64,000 nucleotides of DNA, from assembly GCA_946965045.2 (NCBI GenBank), contig OX337230.1, positions 4,216,001 to 4,280,000 on the forward strand, in the 5' to 3' direction. Under the pieces are notes generated by a model. It worked only from the letters and a program-made list of their open reading frames with translations, searched no databases and was not told the DNA's origin. The DNA comes from Epithemia pelagica. Taxonomy: Eukaryota; Protista; Bacillariophyta. This document shows, piece by piece, positions 1 through 10,589 of the stretch. Numbering within the stretch: the stretch's first letter is position 1; the number at the start of each line of letters is the position of its first letter. The translations under genes were made by a program, and so were the position numbers.

Positions 1-3000
1 ATACACCGAGAGAGGCCAGTCGTACTTGTTTGTAAGGTAATCCCGAAGAGTGGTCCATGTAGCAAGATACCGTAGGGTACCACGGTAGTTTGAGTGAACA
101 GTACCGAGTGGTGTGTGGAGCATGGCGTGGCTGCCTGAAATGAGAGGAGCATGTGTGGATGAGATTGAAGCTGGGTACTCGTAATCTTCAGCAAGACGGT
201 CTGCATCGACATTAAGTTGGGCTGGGAGTGGGAGTGTCTCATAAGATCTGGTTCTGTCTTGGTGTCCACGTACATGAAAAAACTGTGGAATCACAGGAAA
301 TTGGCGGAGGGTGTACGTGATGGATTGTTGGATATCCCAATCTGCTTCCATAGTCGAGTATGGGAAATCGTATGCCCATTCGAGACGTTTCTCGACAGTT
401 TGAATTAGACTTTTCGAGTCTGTATAAAGAAGAAGTTGGGACTGGAGGTGGAGACCGAGAAACTTTGTGATGTGAAAAATGCTTCGTAGAATCGCAAGCA
501 TACCATAACTCTCAGAGCGAAAAGACGAGGTTCTGTACCCGGGAGCCGGACCGCGAAGATGGAACAGGCGTTGACCATGAGGAGTGCTGCAAATGGAGCC
601 AAACTTGCCGGTGAAAAGAGCAGCTGAGCCGTCACTACAGAAGAGAAGGCGGTTTGTTGTTTGGAAAACATGATGTATCGCAGCAGTCGGACAAAGAAAG
701 TCAAGTTGGGAGAGAAGCTGTTGGTCCCATCTGGCAAGACTAGCTGTGTACTCAAGAAATGAGTTCGGAGAAGATGGTGTGGGAGGCAGTTGCTGTGGGC
801 GGCATGGTGACAAGAAGAATCCAGGGCCATTTTGAATCACATGAGCGGGAACAGCAGTGGGGGGAGGTTTCGGCGACATTTGAGACGTAGGAAGAAATAA
901 CGGATGTTGATACCAGTAATGGCGGTACCCGTCCTGTTCAGAGACGTAAAGTGTGCAGCTGGGGCAGTCCACCAAGTATTTCCAATGGCGGTATGTTTCA
1001 TGGCCTGGAACGAGCCATCGACCAAGGGGAGTCGCTAGAAGAAATGGAGAGCTTGGTTGTCGAAGAAGTTCCAGCAATTTGTGCCATTGATTCCACGCTC
1101 GAGAGCTGGGCTTTGTTTGATACGGAATCAAGCCGTGATGGGTTGAAAAGTTATCGTGACGATATTCTGTGGTGAATAGTGACAGTTTCTTGCCATCAGG
1201 AGTAACTATATCACTGAGTAAGGTGACACCCAGGTACATGCGACAAGCGTTCAGCATCTGGAGTTCCATCGGGGTAAGAGTCATTGACTCGAGTACAAGA
1301 TCCATCAGGAATCGGTCATTCTCTCGTTGAAGTTTGGGGAGGAACGTAGCTTCGAGTTCGATGTGGCAGTTTGTTGAGTGAAGGAACTGTCGTACTTGGG
1401 GGATCCATTTCATCGGTGCAAGATATGGTATCGGAGTTGAAACGTCCTCGAAAACAGACACGCTAGTACCAGCAAGAAACTGTGCCCAAGAGATGGCGAT
1501 ATTGGCTAGCTTGGCAGGGACGCCAGGAGAGCGAAGACATGCCAGTAGAAGATAGGTCTGGGAGATTCCCCTTTCGACAGAGAGTGTACGAAGTCCAAGG
1601 CCTCCAAGATCACTGGGTCCGTAGACAATGGCATTTGGCATATGTCGATTGAAGCCGTATTTGGGTAAAAAGGCTTTTTTGAATTGCACTTGTAAAGCAT
1701 TACAATGTGCATCGGACAGAGTGGAAGAGGGAAGTGGATAGCATATACTCGGTAAGTAAATTGCATGATAGTAAGCCCAGGCGTCGGTTCTCGAAAACGG
1801 ACTACTAGCCATGACTGAAGCATGTTTTTGATTCTTCTTGGCAAGGGCAAGGAACAGACCTTTATCCGTACAGAAAGGCGATTTTTGCACGCCCAATGTT
1901 TTGTGGCTGCGATACGAAGAAAGTTGTTTAATGGGAGTAGCCTGATCAGAGTCGTGGAACTTGATGGTAATCCTTGGTCCGAAGGAGTCGGGTTGGAGGG
2001 TTGCAAGTCCGTCGACGTTGAACGTATAATAGAGAAAGTGATAGGAACATTTCTCGACATTAAGAGCACCGCCGGATAGGCTGAGTAGATCGTTCCATCG
2101 CTGAGCGTCGCTTTGAGCTTTTTCGATATAGTGCTCAGGTGGTGCTTGACTGTCTCGCAGAAAATCGTTCACGCTTCCACTGGTGTCGTCTACGAATCCG
2201 ATCATGTGGATTGCAGTTGAGACAGAACCATCGGGGCTATGAAAAACGCTGCCGTTTGCTTTTTCGTCGTAGGTGTCGAAGAGAATTGTCGAGATGACAC
2301 ACCAAATGGCTGGAGAGTTTCCTGCTCCTTGCCCGGACCCGTAGATTGGAAAAAGTTGACAGTGTTGGTAGTGGCGTTCTGATACGCCGAGTTTGGTTTT
2401 GAGATAATATTTCGCTTCCTCTAGTGTTTTAGCGTTGACAAACACAATAGAGCGATGTTGACCGAAGCTTCTAGAAGCGAGACTACCGAAGGAAAGAACA
2501 ATGCGGTCATAACACGCCGTCGCGTCGTAGTCGAGATGAACCAATGGGCGTTTGCTAGCCCGTGATATTTCGTATTGTAGTTCTTCGCATAGTGTTGGAA
2601 TGACGGCATCACGGCCTGGAACTCCTCCAAATTGCATTGGGTGCAATGTCCGTTGATTGGTGCCTAATTGGATGAGTTGCCTCCATTTGATCGCTAGGAC
2701 AAGATTGTAATCTTGTTCGTAGAGATGAATGACACGAAGACGGTGAATACGTAGATTGTTGGGCTCTTTTAGGATCATCACATTGACGATGTGCTTCCAT
2801 CTTTCGTAGGAGTAGTTGTTGACGAGAGCACAGTTTATAAGGCCGACTTGCCATTCGATCAAAGCTTCTCGTTTTGCTTCTACTTCTTGTCCTTCTTCAG
2901 TTGTCGTATCAAGATCATGAGGGGCAACTAGTGCTTTGCTGTGCCCTAAATGGAAACCGGATGGTGAGGTAGTTGTTGATTCGGGCCATATTTTGATTTT

Positions 3001-5304
3001 GCTCATCCACTCTTCTTTGGTGATCGGAGCTGGAATCGCGTCGAGAGTCACTCGTGCCTTCATGTGATCTATGAGCGACTGTTGCATTTCGTCAAGTTCT
3101 TCGCTTTGCCAGTCACCTTCAAGTATAAGCTCAGCTGTGTGTGTTGAGGCTCCCCAGTCACACCATTCGGAGAAGGGTGGCTTCGTGGGGAAGGTGTTAT
3201 GGGCTTGTCCAAAGTGTCGTCTGTTTCTTGTCAACAATCTATCCTCGATTTCTTCAGGAGTATCAATTGTCAGCCATTCCGTGCACCCTGTGTAATCTGT
3301 CGTAGTGGGATCAGCTGGGACATCTAGTCGAGTAATTCCGGTCTTCAAATTGCCTCTACATTGCCTCAATTTCGCATACATGGCTTTGGTACGCTCTGCA
3401 GCCATTCGGTGTTTAAGCGCTTTTGATTGTTGTTTGTTACCAGAGGCAATGGCTTGGTTAAGCTCTGCTTGTAATGCGTTGTGCCGGTGATGAACTGCGT
3501 CCTTAGTCATTTCCCGGATTTGGCGTTGGACGATCCGACATTCTTGTTGGCATGCTTCTAATGTTGTTGGGACGTTCACAACTGACTGGTTTCGTGTTGT
3601 GTATAAAATTCCAGAGTCGAATGACTTGTTCCATTTTGCAGCAGAAATCAGTTTGAGAAGCAGGTTTTTGCGAGTTCTCAAGCTAGCCAGCTGTTTCACG
3701 AAAGGAATGCTGCGTGGTTTTTTAGCGCACTTGCGACTTGCGTGTTCTCCAGCTCTCTGGAAGTCTCTGTCCAGTCTTTCGGCCAATCGCGGGTTCCAAT
3801 TTTCCTTGAGAGAGTCGAGTCTGCTAGCGAAGTTATGTTGTACGCAGAACTTGTACTTCTGTTCGATATAAACTCTGTTCGAGCTCCTGTCTTTACTCGT
3901 GAAGTCTCGGCTGGCAATCGGACCAAGTTGTTGGGTACTATTCCCGAATAGTCCCTCGATGTTGAAGTCAATGACCATATTCCGGTGGTCGTTTGGTATG
4001 TCTCGGTGTTTGAAGGGTTCATAGCAGGCTTTTGTGACTGCGGTGGAAACGTGCGGTGTGCAGAGAGCGTAATCGATACGTTCACAACCGTTTACGAATG
4101 TTGCAAAGGAGGTGGAGCCAAGTTGTTCTCCCATCAAGTCATGCAATTGAAGCTCAGAACAAAGTTTTGTCATGCCGTCGTTTATGTCTGACAAGGCTTC
4201 GTTGAAATCTCCTACCAGCAAAATTTCAGAGTTGCGAGCTCTGCATTGTCTGATGAAGTCAGTCAAATCCGAGATAAATGCTTCCCTTGGGTTTGCTCCT
4301 CTATTTGCTTGACGTAGCATAGACAATTGTTGCGCCGACGCTGTAAATGATCGAACTCTGTTGTTGTCTTCTTCTCCCACAGTCAATAAAGATTGACGGC
4401 ATACTTGGTAGGCTGAGATAATTGTCAGTGTCTTGTTGCCGCGACATGAAAAGACTTGGTAGGACCACCGGCCCATGCTGTCAGTGCCTTGAGTTGTGAT
4501 TCTTCCAGTGGACTTGCCTTGTGACGCTATCAAGGTCCCGCCTGGTTTATATGGAGTATTACGTGGGGATGGAATATTGGTACTCCCGTAACATATTCTT
4601 GAGTGCTCTGTATGTCGCTGTATTGTTGTATGGAGTGCATTTCGAACTTGAGACTGAGTTGTATCAAGATTTGTCTCATAGAAACACCATGTGTCAGCGT
4701 CTAGTCGACTCAATTCTTCACAGTACTCTGCGAAAGTACCTCCGCTGTGTAACAAAGTCTTGAATCCATTAGGATTGCAACCAAAGACTCTGAAGGTATT
4801 TTGTGGTTTTATATCGTCTGTTTCTGGTCCGATGAAGTCATCTGTTTTATATTGGGTTTCGTTTCCTTGGATGTTGCTGTTCTCTGCGACGTCAAGATAT
4901 TCGATGTCGTTTCTTGGGTAGTCGTCACCGTTAACGCTCGTGGCGTCATCGTTGTTTGGGGTGCCTGGAATAGTAGTATGATGTTGTTGAGTTGTTGTGG
5001 GTGGTGTGGATGTATAGTCGGCTGCGACTACGCTCGAGGCGCTGTCGTTGTTTTCGATAACCTGTTCGGCTGTATTGTTTGTGGCGGCGTTGCTCGAGGC
5101 ATTGCCGTTGTTCTCAGATTCCTGATCGGTTGTTATGGTGTTTTCGGCATTGCTCGAGGCGTCGCCGTTGTTCTCTGATTCCTGATCGGTAGTTGTTGTT
5201 GTGAAAGGATGGATGGATAGTAGTTGTACAAAAGGATGTTGTGGTAAAGTTGTTGATGTATTGTTGGTTAAATTTACAGCGCTATCCAGATTGGTCTCAC
5301 TCAT
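1..5304 (-). CDS. LINE ORF2 polyprotein (apurinic-like endonuclease, reverse transcriptase, RNase H), 3'-truncated by the window edge; not in the supplied ORF track
   Basis: I checked every codon of this frame by hand and found no stop in 1768 codons from ATG 5304 to base 1. APE motifs: RVFGCNPNG, FYETN, KPGGT, GRWS, ISAYQ, LVGDFNE (GDFN at 4201-4212), RIDY, NDHR. RT motifs: TTSPSGFHLGH, LRVIHLYEQDYNL, QFGGVPGR, DYDATACYDRI, PIYGSGQGAGNSP, GFVDD (2185-2199), SGGALNVEKC, GPSDLGGLG. RNase H motifs: CSDGS, SFRSE, YTDS, HVRGHQD, NVDADRLA. Confidence 0.95.
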   Translation of the reverse strand, partial: MSETNLDSAVNLTNNTSTTLPQHPFVQLLSIHPFTTTTTDQESENNGDASSNAENTITTDQESENNGNASSNAATNNTAEQVIENNDSASSVVAADYTSTPPTTTQQHHTTIPGTPNNDDATSVNGDDYPRNDIEYLDVAENSNIQGNETQYKTDDFIGPETDDIKPQNTFRVFGCNPNGFKTLLHSGGTFAEYCEELSRLDADTWCFYETNLDTTQSQVRNALHTTIQRHTEHSRICYGSTNIPSPRNTPYKPGGTLIASQGKSTGRITTQGTDSMGRWSYQVFSCRGNKTLTIISAYQVCRQSLLTVGEEDNNRVRSFTASAQQLSMLRQANRGANPREAFISDLTDFIRQCRARNSEILLVGDFNEALSDINDGMTKLCSELQLHDLMGEQLGSTSFATFVNGCERIDYALCTPHVSTAVTKACYEPFKHRDIPNDHRNMVIDFNIEGLFGNSTQQLGPIASRDFTSKDRSSNRVYIEQKYKFCVQHNFASRLDSLKENWNPRLAERLDRDFQRAGEHASRKCAKKPRSIPFVKQLASLRTRKNLLLKLISAAKWNKSFDSGILYTTRNQSVVNVPTTLEACQQECRIVQRQIREMTKDAVHHRHNALQAELNQAIASGNKQQSKALKHRMAAERTKAMYAKLRQCRGNLKTGITRLDVPADPTTTDYTGCTEWLTIDTPEEIEDRLLTRNRRHFGQAHNTFPTKPPFSEWCDWGASTHTAELILEGDWQSEELDEMQQSLIDHMKARVTLDAIPAPITKEEWMSKIKIWPESTTTSPSGFHLGHSKALVAPHDLDTTTEEGQEVEAKREALIEWQVGLINCALVNNYSYERWKHIVNVMILKEPNNLRIHRLRVIHLYEQDYNLVLAIKWRQLIQLGTNQRTLHPMQFGGVPGRDAVIPTLCEELQYEISRASKRPLVHLDYDATACYDRIVLSFGSLASRSFGQHRSIVFVNAKTLEEAKYYLKTKLGVSERHYQHCQLFPIYGSGQGAGNSPAIWCVISTILFDTYDEKANGSVFHSPDGSVSTAIHMIGFVDDTSGSVNDFLRDSQAPPEHYIEKAQSDAQRWNDLLSLSGGALNVEKCSYHFLYYTFNVDGLATLQPDSFGPRITIKFHDSDQATPIKQLSSYRSHKTLGVQKSPFCTDKGLFLALAKKNQKHASVMASSPFSRTDAWAYYHAIYLPSICYPLPSSTLSDAHCNALQVQFKKAFLPKYGFNRHMPNAIVYGPSDLGGLGLRTLSVERGISQTYLLLACLRSPGVPAKLANIAISWAQFLAGTSVSVFEDVSTPIPYLAPMKWIPQVRQFLHSTNCHIELEATFLPKLQRENDRFLMDLVLESMTLTPMELQMLNACRMYLGVTLLSDIVTPDGKKLSLFTTEYRHDNFSTHHGLIPYQTKPSSRAWNQWHKLLELLRQPSSPFLLATPLGRWLVPGHETYRHWKYLVDCPSCTLYVSEQDGYRHYWYQHPLFLPTSQMSPKPPPTAVPAHVIQNGPGFFLSPCRPQQLPPTPSSPNSFLEYTASLARWDQQLLSQLDFLCPTAAIHHVFQTTNRLLFCSDGSAALFTGKFGSICSTPHGQRLFHLRGPAPGYRTSSFRSESYGMLAILRSIFHITKFLGLHLQSQLLLYTDSKSLIQTVEKRLEWAYDFPYSTMEADWDIQQSITYTLRQFPVIPQFFHVRGHQDRTRSYETLPLPAQLNVDADRLAEDYEYPASISSTHAPLISGSHAMLHTPLGTVHSNYRGTLRYLATWTTLRDYLTNKYDWPLSVY
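5020..5190 (-). repeat. ~3 copies of a 60-bp (20-aa) tandem repeat in the ORF2 N-terminus
   Basis: Units translate as TDQESENNGDASSNAENTIT / TDQESENNGNASSNAATNNT / AEQVIENNDSASSVVAADYT. GCTCGAGGC recurs at exact 60-bp spacing (5032, 5092, 5152). Confidence 0.85.
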
Positions 5305-7331
5305 GATTGCGTACTTGAGTCGGCCAAGGACTCGTCCGCGTGCAAGGAGGAGTTTGCTTGGGCCATGCTCACATCTTTTAGCGGTGTGGCCGGTTGTTCT
5401 GAGTCGTTTTCTTTACGCTTCCTGATGGCGCCTTGTTGACTCTGTTCTGTTGGGTTTGCTTGTTCTGAATATTGGTACTGGTAATTGTTTGAGTATTGGT
5501 TCTGATGGTTAATCGGTGGTTGTGCTTGATGGTGTGTAGGAGTTTGTGGGAGTGGCATCTGGTTCGGTGGGATTTGTTGGGGAGGCATCGGTGTTGTTTG
5601 GTGAGCTGGGAAGAGGTTGTGCGGTAGCTGTTGAAGCTGTTGGGGACTAATTGGGCTCATTCCGAAGGGAGGTTGTTGCTGATATGGATGGACGTAATTT
5701 GGTGGGGGCATTGGGTAATGTTGGGACATCATCACCGACATTTGTTGTTGCATGGCTTTCATCATGGCATTCATCATCTTTTCTTGTTGCGACTCGCTCT
5801 CCTCTTCTTGTTTCGACACGAACGACTTGAATGCTTCTTTTAATTCTTTCAGTTCGGATTTTAGTTCTGTGTTTTCGGTTTTCATACGTTCATACTCTTC
5901 GTTGGTGACTTGACTGGTACTAGTCTCTGTCATGGAGGATGCGACAACTGTTTGAACCGGTGCCATTGTTTTCCATACTTGTGTTGTCGGACCAATCATT
6001 TTAGGAGGACGAGAATAAGTAGCGTTTGCTTCGTTTTGAGGATCATCTTCTCGAGCAGAATACAGAGAATTAAGAGCCGAGACGTATGTTGCATAAGATC
6101 CGCCGTGATCTGTTGATGCGTCGTCGTTCTCACCAGTTCCTTGTTGACCGTAGCTCTCGTGTCGAAACGCTAGCTTTGGTGGATCATCGTACTCCTTGAG
6201 GTTTGTGAGGTTGTGTATATGTTGTTCTTGTTGAACCAGTGAGGTCAAACTCATACGAAGAGCTCCTTTGAGCGCATCGAAATGTTCTTCCGTGGTGTGA
6301 ATGTTGTGGCGGCCGAGACGGTCTGTATCTTTGTGGCCAGTGATTCTGATGACACCTTCGAAATCTCGAGATATCCGATCTTTGAGAGTCCACATAATAC
6401 TGGGATGCACCCCTGACACTGGTACAATCCTGCTCTCGCCAAGATATGTGTTTTGGTCGATCATGGAGGAGCTGTATACGTGCTTGTTAGTATGGCGGAA
6501 CTTGTGGAATATGAACTTGGGGTCTTCTACATAAGTCTGTTGGAGCAGTTCAAGCAGGTCTTTGGCGTCGTGTTGACGACACTGTAGATCAAAAGCCTTT
6601 GTCTTGTATTCATCATCTCCGTGCTTGAAGAATGGTGACGAGTAGTTGCACTTGAATTTCGGAATTTTCTTGCGCGCTTTATTCGTTTTCGCGATAATCT
6701 CGAGAATAACCGATTCAACCATTTCGTCGGCAGGAATATTACTCGGATCGTATCCGACGAAGAAACCTAAGTTTGAAATTCTGGTTTCGTTTTCGTTCCA
6801 TAAATGTTGGGTCATCTTCGCTTTGCCAAGGCGCAACTTTTCGTGGACAGAATCGTGACGGCGAATTTCACTAATGGAGATTTTAGAAAGAAAGCGGTGA
6901 ATCACGATGTACATTGGTTTCCGACCCTTCTTTTCATTGCCCTTGGAATAATGTAGATCGAAATGACGTAGGTATGCAGAGACTGCCTTGAAGGATTCAA
7001 GCTTTTTCTTGTTAAGTTTTGTACCTCTGTTGTCGTAAATCTTAACTTCTGGGAACACTTGAGAAATCGAATACAAAATATCGTAATGGAGCAAGGCGAT
7101 ACTCTTGTTTTTATCGTCATCCGGGCTAAACACGAACTTGATTGTGTACTCCTTTTCTTCGCCTTCGTAGGGGATTGGGTGATAAACAGCTGTAACGGCT
7201 GTAGCATCGTCGCTTGCATCGTGATTGTTGTTGTTATTATTATCGTTGTTATTTGTAGTGGCATTATTGTTGGGGTTTCGTTGTTCTTCGGCCATAGGAG
7301 AGTCATAGACCGAACGGGAGGGTTCCGCCAT
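5301..7331 (-). CDS. LINE ORF1 protein (676 aa; coiled coil and Q/P-rich C-terminus; no CCHC knuckle seen)
   Basis: Long intronless ORF directly upstream of ORF2. Its TGA (5301-5303) overlaps the ORF2 ATG (5302-5304). Confidence 0.88.
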   Translation of the reverse strand: MAEPSRSVYDSPMAEEQRNPNNNATTNNNDNNNNNNHDASDDATAVTAVYHPIPYEGEEKEYTIKFVFSPDDDKNKSIALLHYDILYSISQVFPEVKIYDNRGTKLNKKKLESFKAVSAYLRHFDLHYSKGNEKKGRKPMYIVIHRFLSKISISEIRRHDSVHEKLRLGKAKMTQHLWNENETRISNLGFFVGYDPSNIPADEMVESVILEIIAKTNKARKKIPKFKCNYSSPFFKHGDDEYKTKAFDLQCRQHDAKDLLELLQQTYVEDPKFIFHKFRHTNKHVYSSSMIDQNTYLGESRIVPVSGVHPSIMWTLKDRISRDFEGVIRITGHKDTDRLGRHNIHTTEEHFDALKGALRMSLTSLVQQEQHIHNLTNLKEYDDPPKLAFRHESYGQQGTGENDDASTDHGGSYATYVSALNSLYSAREDDPQNEANATYSRPPKMIGPTTQVWKTMAPVQTVVASSMTETSTSQVTNEEYERMKTENTELKSELKELKEAFKSFVSKQEEESESQQEKMMNAMMKAMQQQMSVMMSQHYPMPPPNYVHPYQQQPPFGMSPISPQQLQQLPHNLFPAHQTTPMPPQQIPPNQMPLPQTPTHHQAQPPINHQNQYSNNYQYQYSEQANPTEQSQQGAIRKRKENDSEQPATPLKDVSMAQANSSLHADESLADSSTQS

Positions 7332-8206
7332 GGTCGACGTGGTTCGCTCACCAATGACGAGAGTACTTTAAGGTTACTTTCTGGTGAAAACTAACGCGGT
7401 AATATACGAGAAACCAGAAACTATCGGACAGATAACGCGAGACACTACGCCTTTCAATTTCGTCTCTCCACGAAATTATGCAAAATATGGGGACAGAGAT
7501 GAACGGCTGTGCAGTAGTGCGACCGTTGGGGGATGGCTGGCCCGGCCGAAGGGCAATAGGGACATGGCAATGTCCCTGGAAATTACAATGCCTGATTCGT
7601 CCGGACGAATAATTATGCCTCGGGTATGACCATGCTCGCTGGAAAGGTTGGGGTATCCTTTGTTTCGGATGGTAGCTTTGTCTAACTAGAGGGACAACCG
7701 CGGAGATTCCAAATACTCCGACGAAACAAGGGAGTCTCGAACATTGAAACACAGTACGGATTATCAAACTGTAAGCTGTAAGGCCCATATCCAAAAATAT
7801 CAAAATTGCGTGGGATCTAGACTGCCCCTCGGAAATGACCCCCCCAATGTCTGCTCATCGGGGCCTTTTTTGCGAGTCGCTATCTCCCACACAAATCATT
7901 CCAGTCAAATTAGGATTGCTACACAAGCGTTTGGGGACCAACCGCTCTTTTCTTTTTGTTTTCTCAACAGACAAGACGACGACAACACCACATACACCGC
8001 CCACTCCACAACAACTATAGCACAGAAAGGCACGAACCAAAAACACCCGTTGCGCAAGACGTCCATCAAAAAGGAAGAAGAGATTCGATTCACTTCCGTC
8101 TCCAACTGCCAAGAAGTTTACACACACCATCACAATTTCTACCATTACTTCTACAACCACTACTACTACCACGACGACCACGGAGTCGATTCGTCTCGTG
8201 ACCACC

Positions 8207-10026
8207 ATGAATCTCGATCCTCCTCCCCCCAACCACCATGATGACAATGAGAATGATGCGGCCACGACGCAATTGGCCGCGCTTTCGACTCGAGCCTTGG
8301 GTCCCATTTCCAATCGCATGCGTCGATTACCAATCGACTTTTGTCCCTCGGACGACGATGTCATTTGTGGACGGGGCAAAAAATGTTACAGTCATGTGGG
8401 CAATGATCGATTTCGACGACGAGTGCATTCCGTGTTGAGTTTGTATCGATCGGCCCGGACCAAATTGGACAAGTCCAAAGTCTTGAACATGGTGGTGGAA
8501 CAAGTGCGACAAAACAGTCCCCATGGTGGCTTTGTCAAGCAAGATGAAACGGGACGATGGCATGAAGTGGGAGACTTTTTGGCCCGAGAAAAAACCTCTC
8601 AAGTCTTTCGCGATGCCTTGCATGAAAATTACAAATCGAGCAACGTGTCCAAAAAGAAGCGACGACAAGAAGAACTCTCCAAGGCATCCGATCGACTCAA
8701 AGTGCCACGATCAACCTCGGACATTGCGCGCAAAATTGAATCCATGTCCATGGATATGAAAAATTGTACGTCAAGAGAACCTTGTAGAACGAGTTTTGCC
8801 AGTGTGTGTGACTCTACATGTCCCTTTCTCATGCCAGATTCTTGTTGTTCTTGTTGTTGTTGTTGTTGTTGTTGTTGTGTGTGTGTGTCTGTGCAGCGGC
8901 CAAAATTTCTCGTTCCTTTCCTCCCGCCGCGACGACGGCAAGTTCCTCGCATCACGACATTTTGTTGACGGGCATTCATGCCACCTCGTCGCCCGATGGC
9001 AAGAAGAATCATTTGCACGATAGTTTTTCGTCCTTGGGGGAATTGCCCATGACGGGCCATCGACCTCATTCCTTTGAGTTGGAACCAGACGGCATCCAGA
9101 GTCCCTATACTTCCTCACACCACCAACAACTCCACAATACGAATCCATACCGTCCCGGGGAAGGCAAGAGATTTTCCTTTAGCCATTCCATGGACTATCA
9201 TCATCATTCTCCGAATCATCCGGGTGGCGGTGCTGACTGGATGATGGGAGAACGAGTGCCACCGCGCAAAAGTTTGAGTGACGGCATGATGATGTTTGCC
9301 AGTGTCCCGGCGTCGGCCCGGTCCTCGTCCGTGCCCAATGTCCCACCCATGACAACGACCGCAAACAACCATTCGTTTGACTTTGGCGAATCGCACAGCA
9401 GTACGGACGAAGTCCATCATTCCTTGCCCAACCTTCATTTTGATTTGGACACCAGTGACAATGACGACGATGACGATGAATTGAATTTTGATACCGGCGA
9501 ACGCTTGTATCAATCGGCACCGAATTTGGGCACCTTTTCACCCGCCGATTTGATGCAAGCCTCGGACGAATTTGATTATACCTTTTCGAATACGACAGAA
9601 GCCGCAGTGCCATCGACAATTGAAATTCAACAACAACAGCAACAACAACAACAACAACAATTGCACCAACGATTGGGACGCATGGATCTGTCCTCGTCTT
9701 CCTCCTCCTCCTTTGCGGGTGGAGCAGCATCGCAACACCCTGCGGCTCCGCCTCCTCCCTTGTCACAACGCCTGCCATCGACTGGACTTGTCTCGTCCCT
9801 GGAAACTTTTGGACGCATGGAATTGGATCATGATCCTGCGGACAATCCCTTTGAACCCATTCCCATTCATCATCAGGCCGCAGTCGTCCACAGCAACCGA
9901 AATCCGCTCCTCTTTGGCTCACCGCAACAAGCACAAGCACAAGCACAATTGCACTTGCAGCAACAACAACAACAACGAGAGGAGGAACGAATACAAAGCT
10001 TTCATGCGCAACTGAGACATGGATAA
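8207..10026 (+). CDS. DUF6824-domain protein with long low-complexity C-terminus; join(8207..8765,8897..10026)
   Basis: Motif DVICGRG..HVGN.RFR...GGFVK..GRWHEVGD.AREKTSQVFRD. A phase-1 intron (8766 GTACGT ... TGCAG 8896), filled with (GTT)n/(GT)n, joins the 8198-frame ORF to the 8818-frame ORF in frame. Confidence 0.8.
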
Positions 10027-10589
10027 CACACTCCTAATTACGAAAAGGGTAGACTATCGACACCAATCTGGGATATCTCTCTCGTACCACGTTTTACCAC
10101 CATGGTCGGTCATTGGAATTCGGAAGCAACGATCCGTTGCTCTCTACAAACTGGTTGGTCGTAGTCACACGTCAGTGTGAAACAATAGCCCCCTTCCGAT
10201 GGGGAATTCGGTCAATAAGTCACGAATGGATCGAGTCCTGTACGGACGACTGGTGGACAGACAGACAGACTGTTTTTGACGGACCATGGCGCCTTTGGTT
10301 CCAAGACGACAGCAGCAACAACAACAACATGTAACATGTCACTTTCCTTCGACAACGAGTCTGACTGCTCTATGGGGCGATAGTAGTGGAGGTATGTCTG
10401 GGCCACCACCACCAACAACAACAACAACAACAACAACAAGATAATCCAGCCGACGAGTGGATTGGCTTTGGAATTGAGAAGGTTGCAAGCATGGGCCCTA
10501 ATATAATCATAGCTGGACCAAATCTAATCGGAGGAACCAAAACAACACACGGCGGATCCTCCACTTCGCCACCAAGAACCTTCAGTCGA

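Larger units (their letters stand above)
1..7850 (-). mobile_element. Non-LTR retrotransposon (LINE), Ambal-like (ORF1 + APE-RT-RNase H ORF2); 3' end lies beyond the window, 5' boundary approximate (7400-7950)
   Basis: Two consecutive minus-strand ORFs (5301-7331 and 1-5304) overlap by ATGA. ORF2 carries APE, RT and RNase H motifs in LINE order. About 500 bp of non-coding leader lies upstream of ORF1 before host-like low-complexity sequence begins (~7950). Confidence 0.9.

Noticed and set aside
8840-8890. Poly-Leu/Cys/Gln/Val ORF segments from (GTT)n, (CAA)n, (GT)n, (GA)n tracts across the window
   Set aside because: Microsatellites in introns, UTRs and low-complexity linkers; they generate many of the short spurious ORFs in the track.
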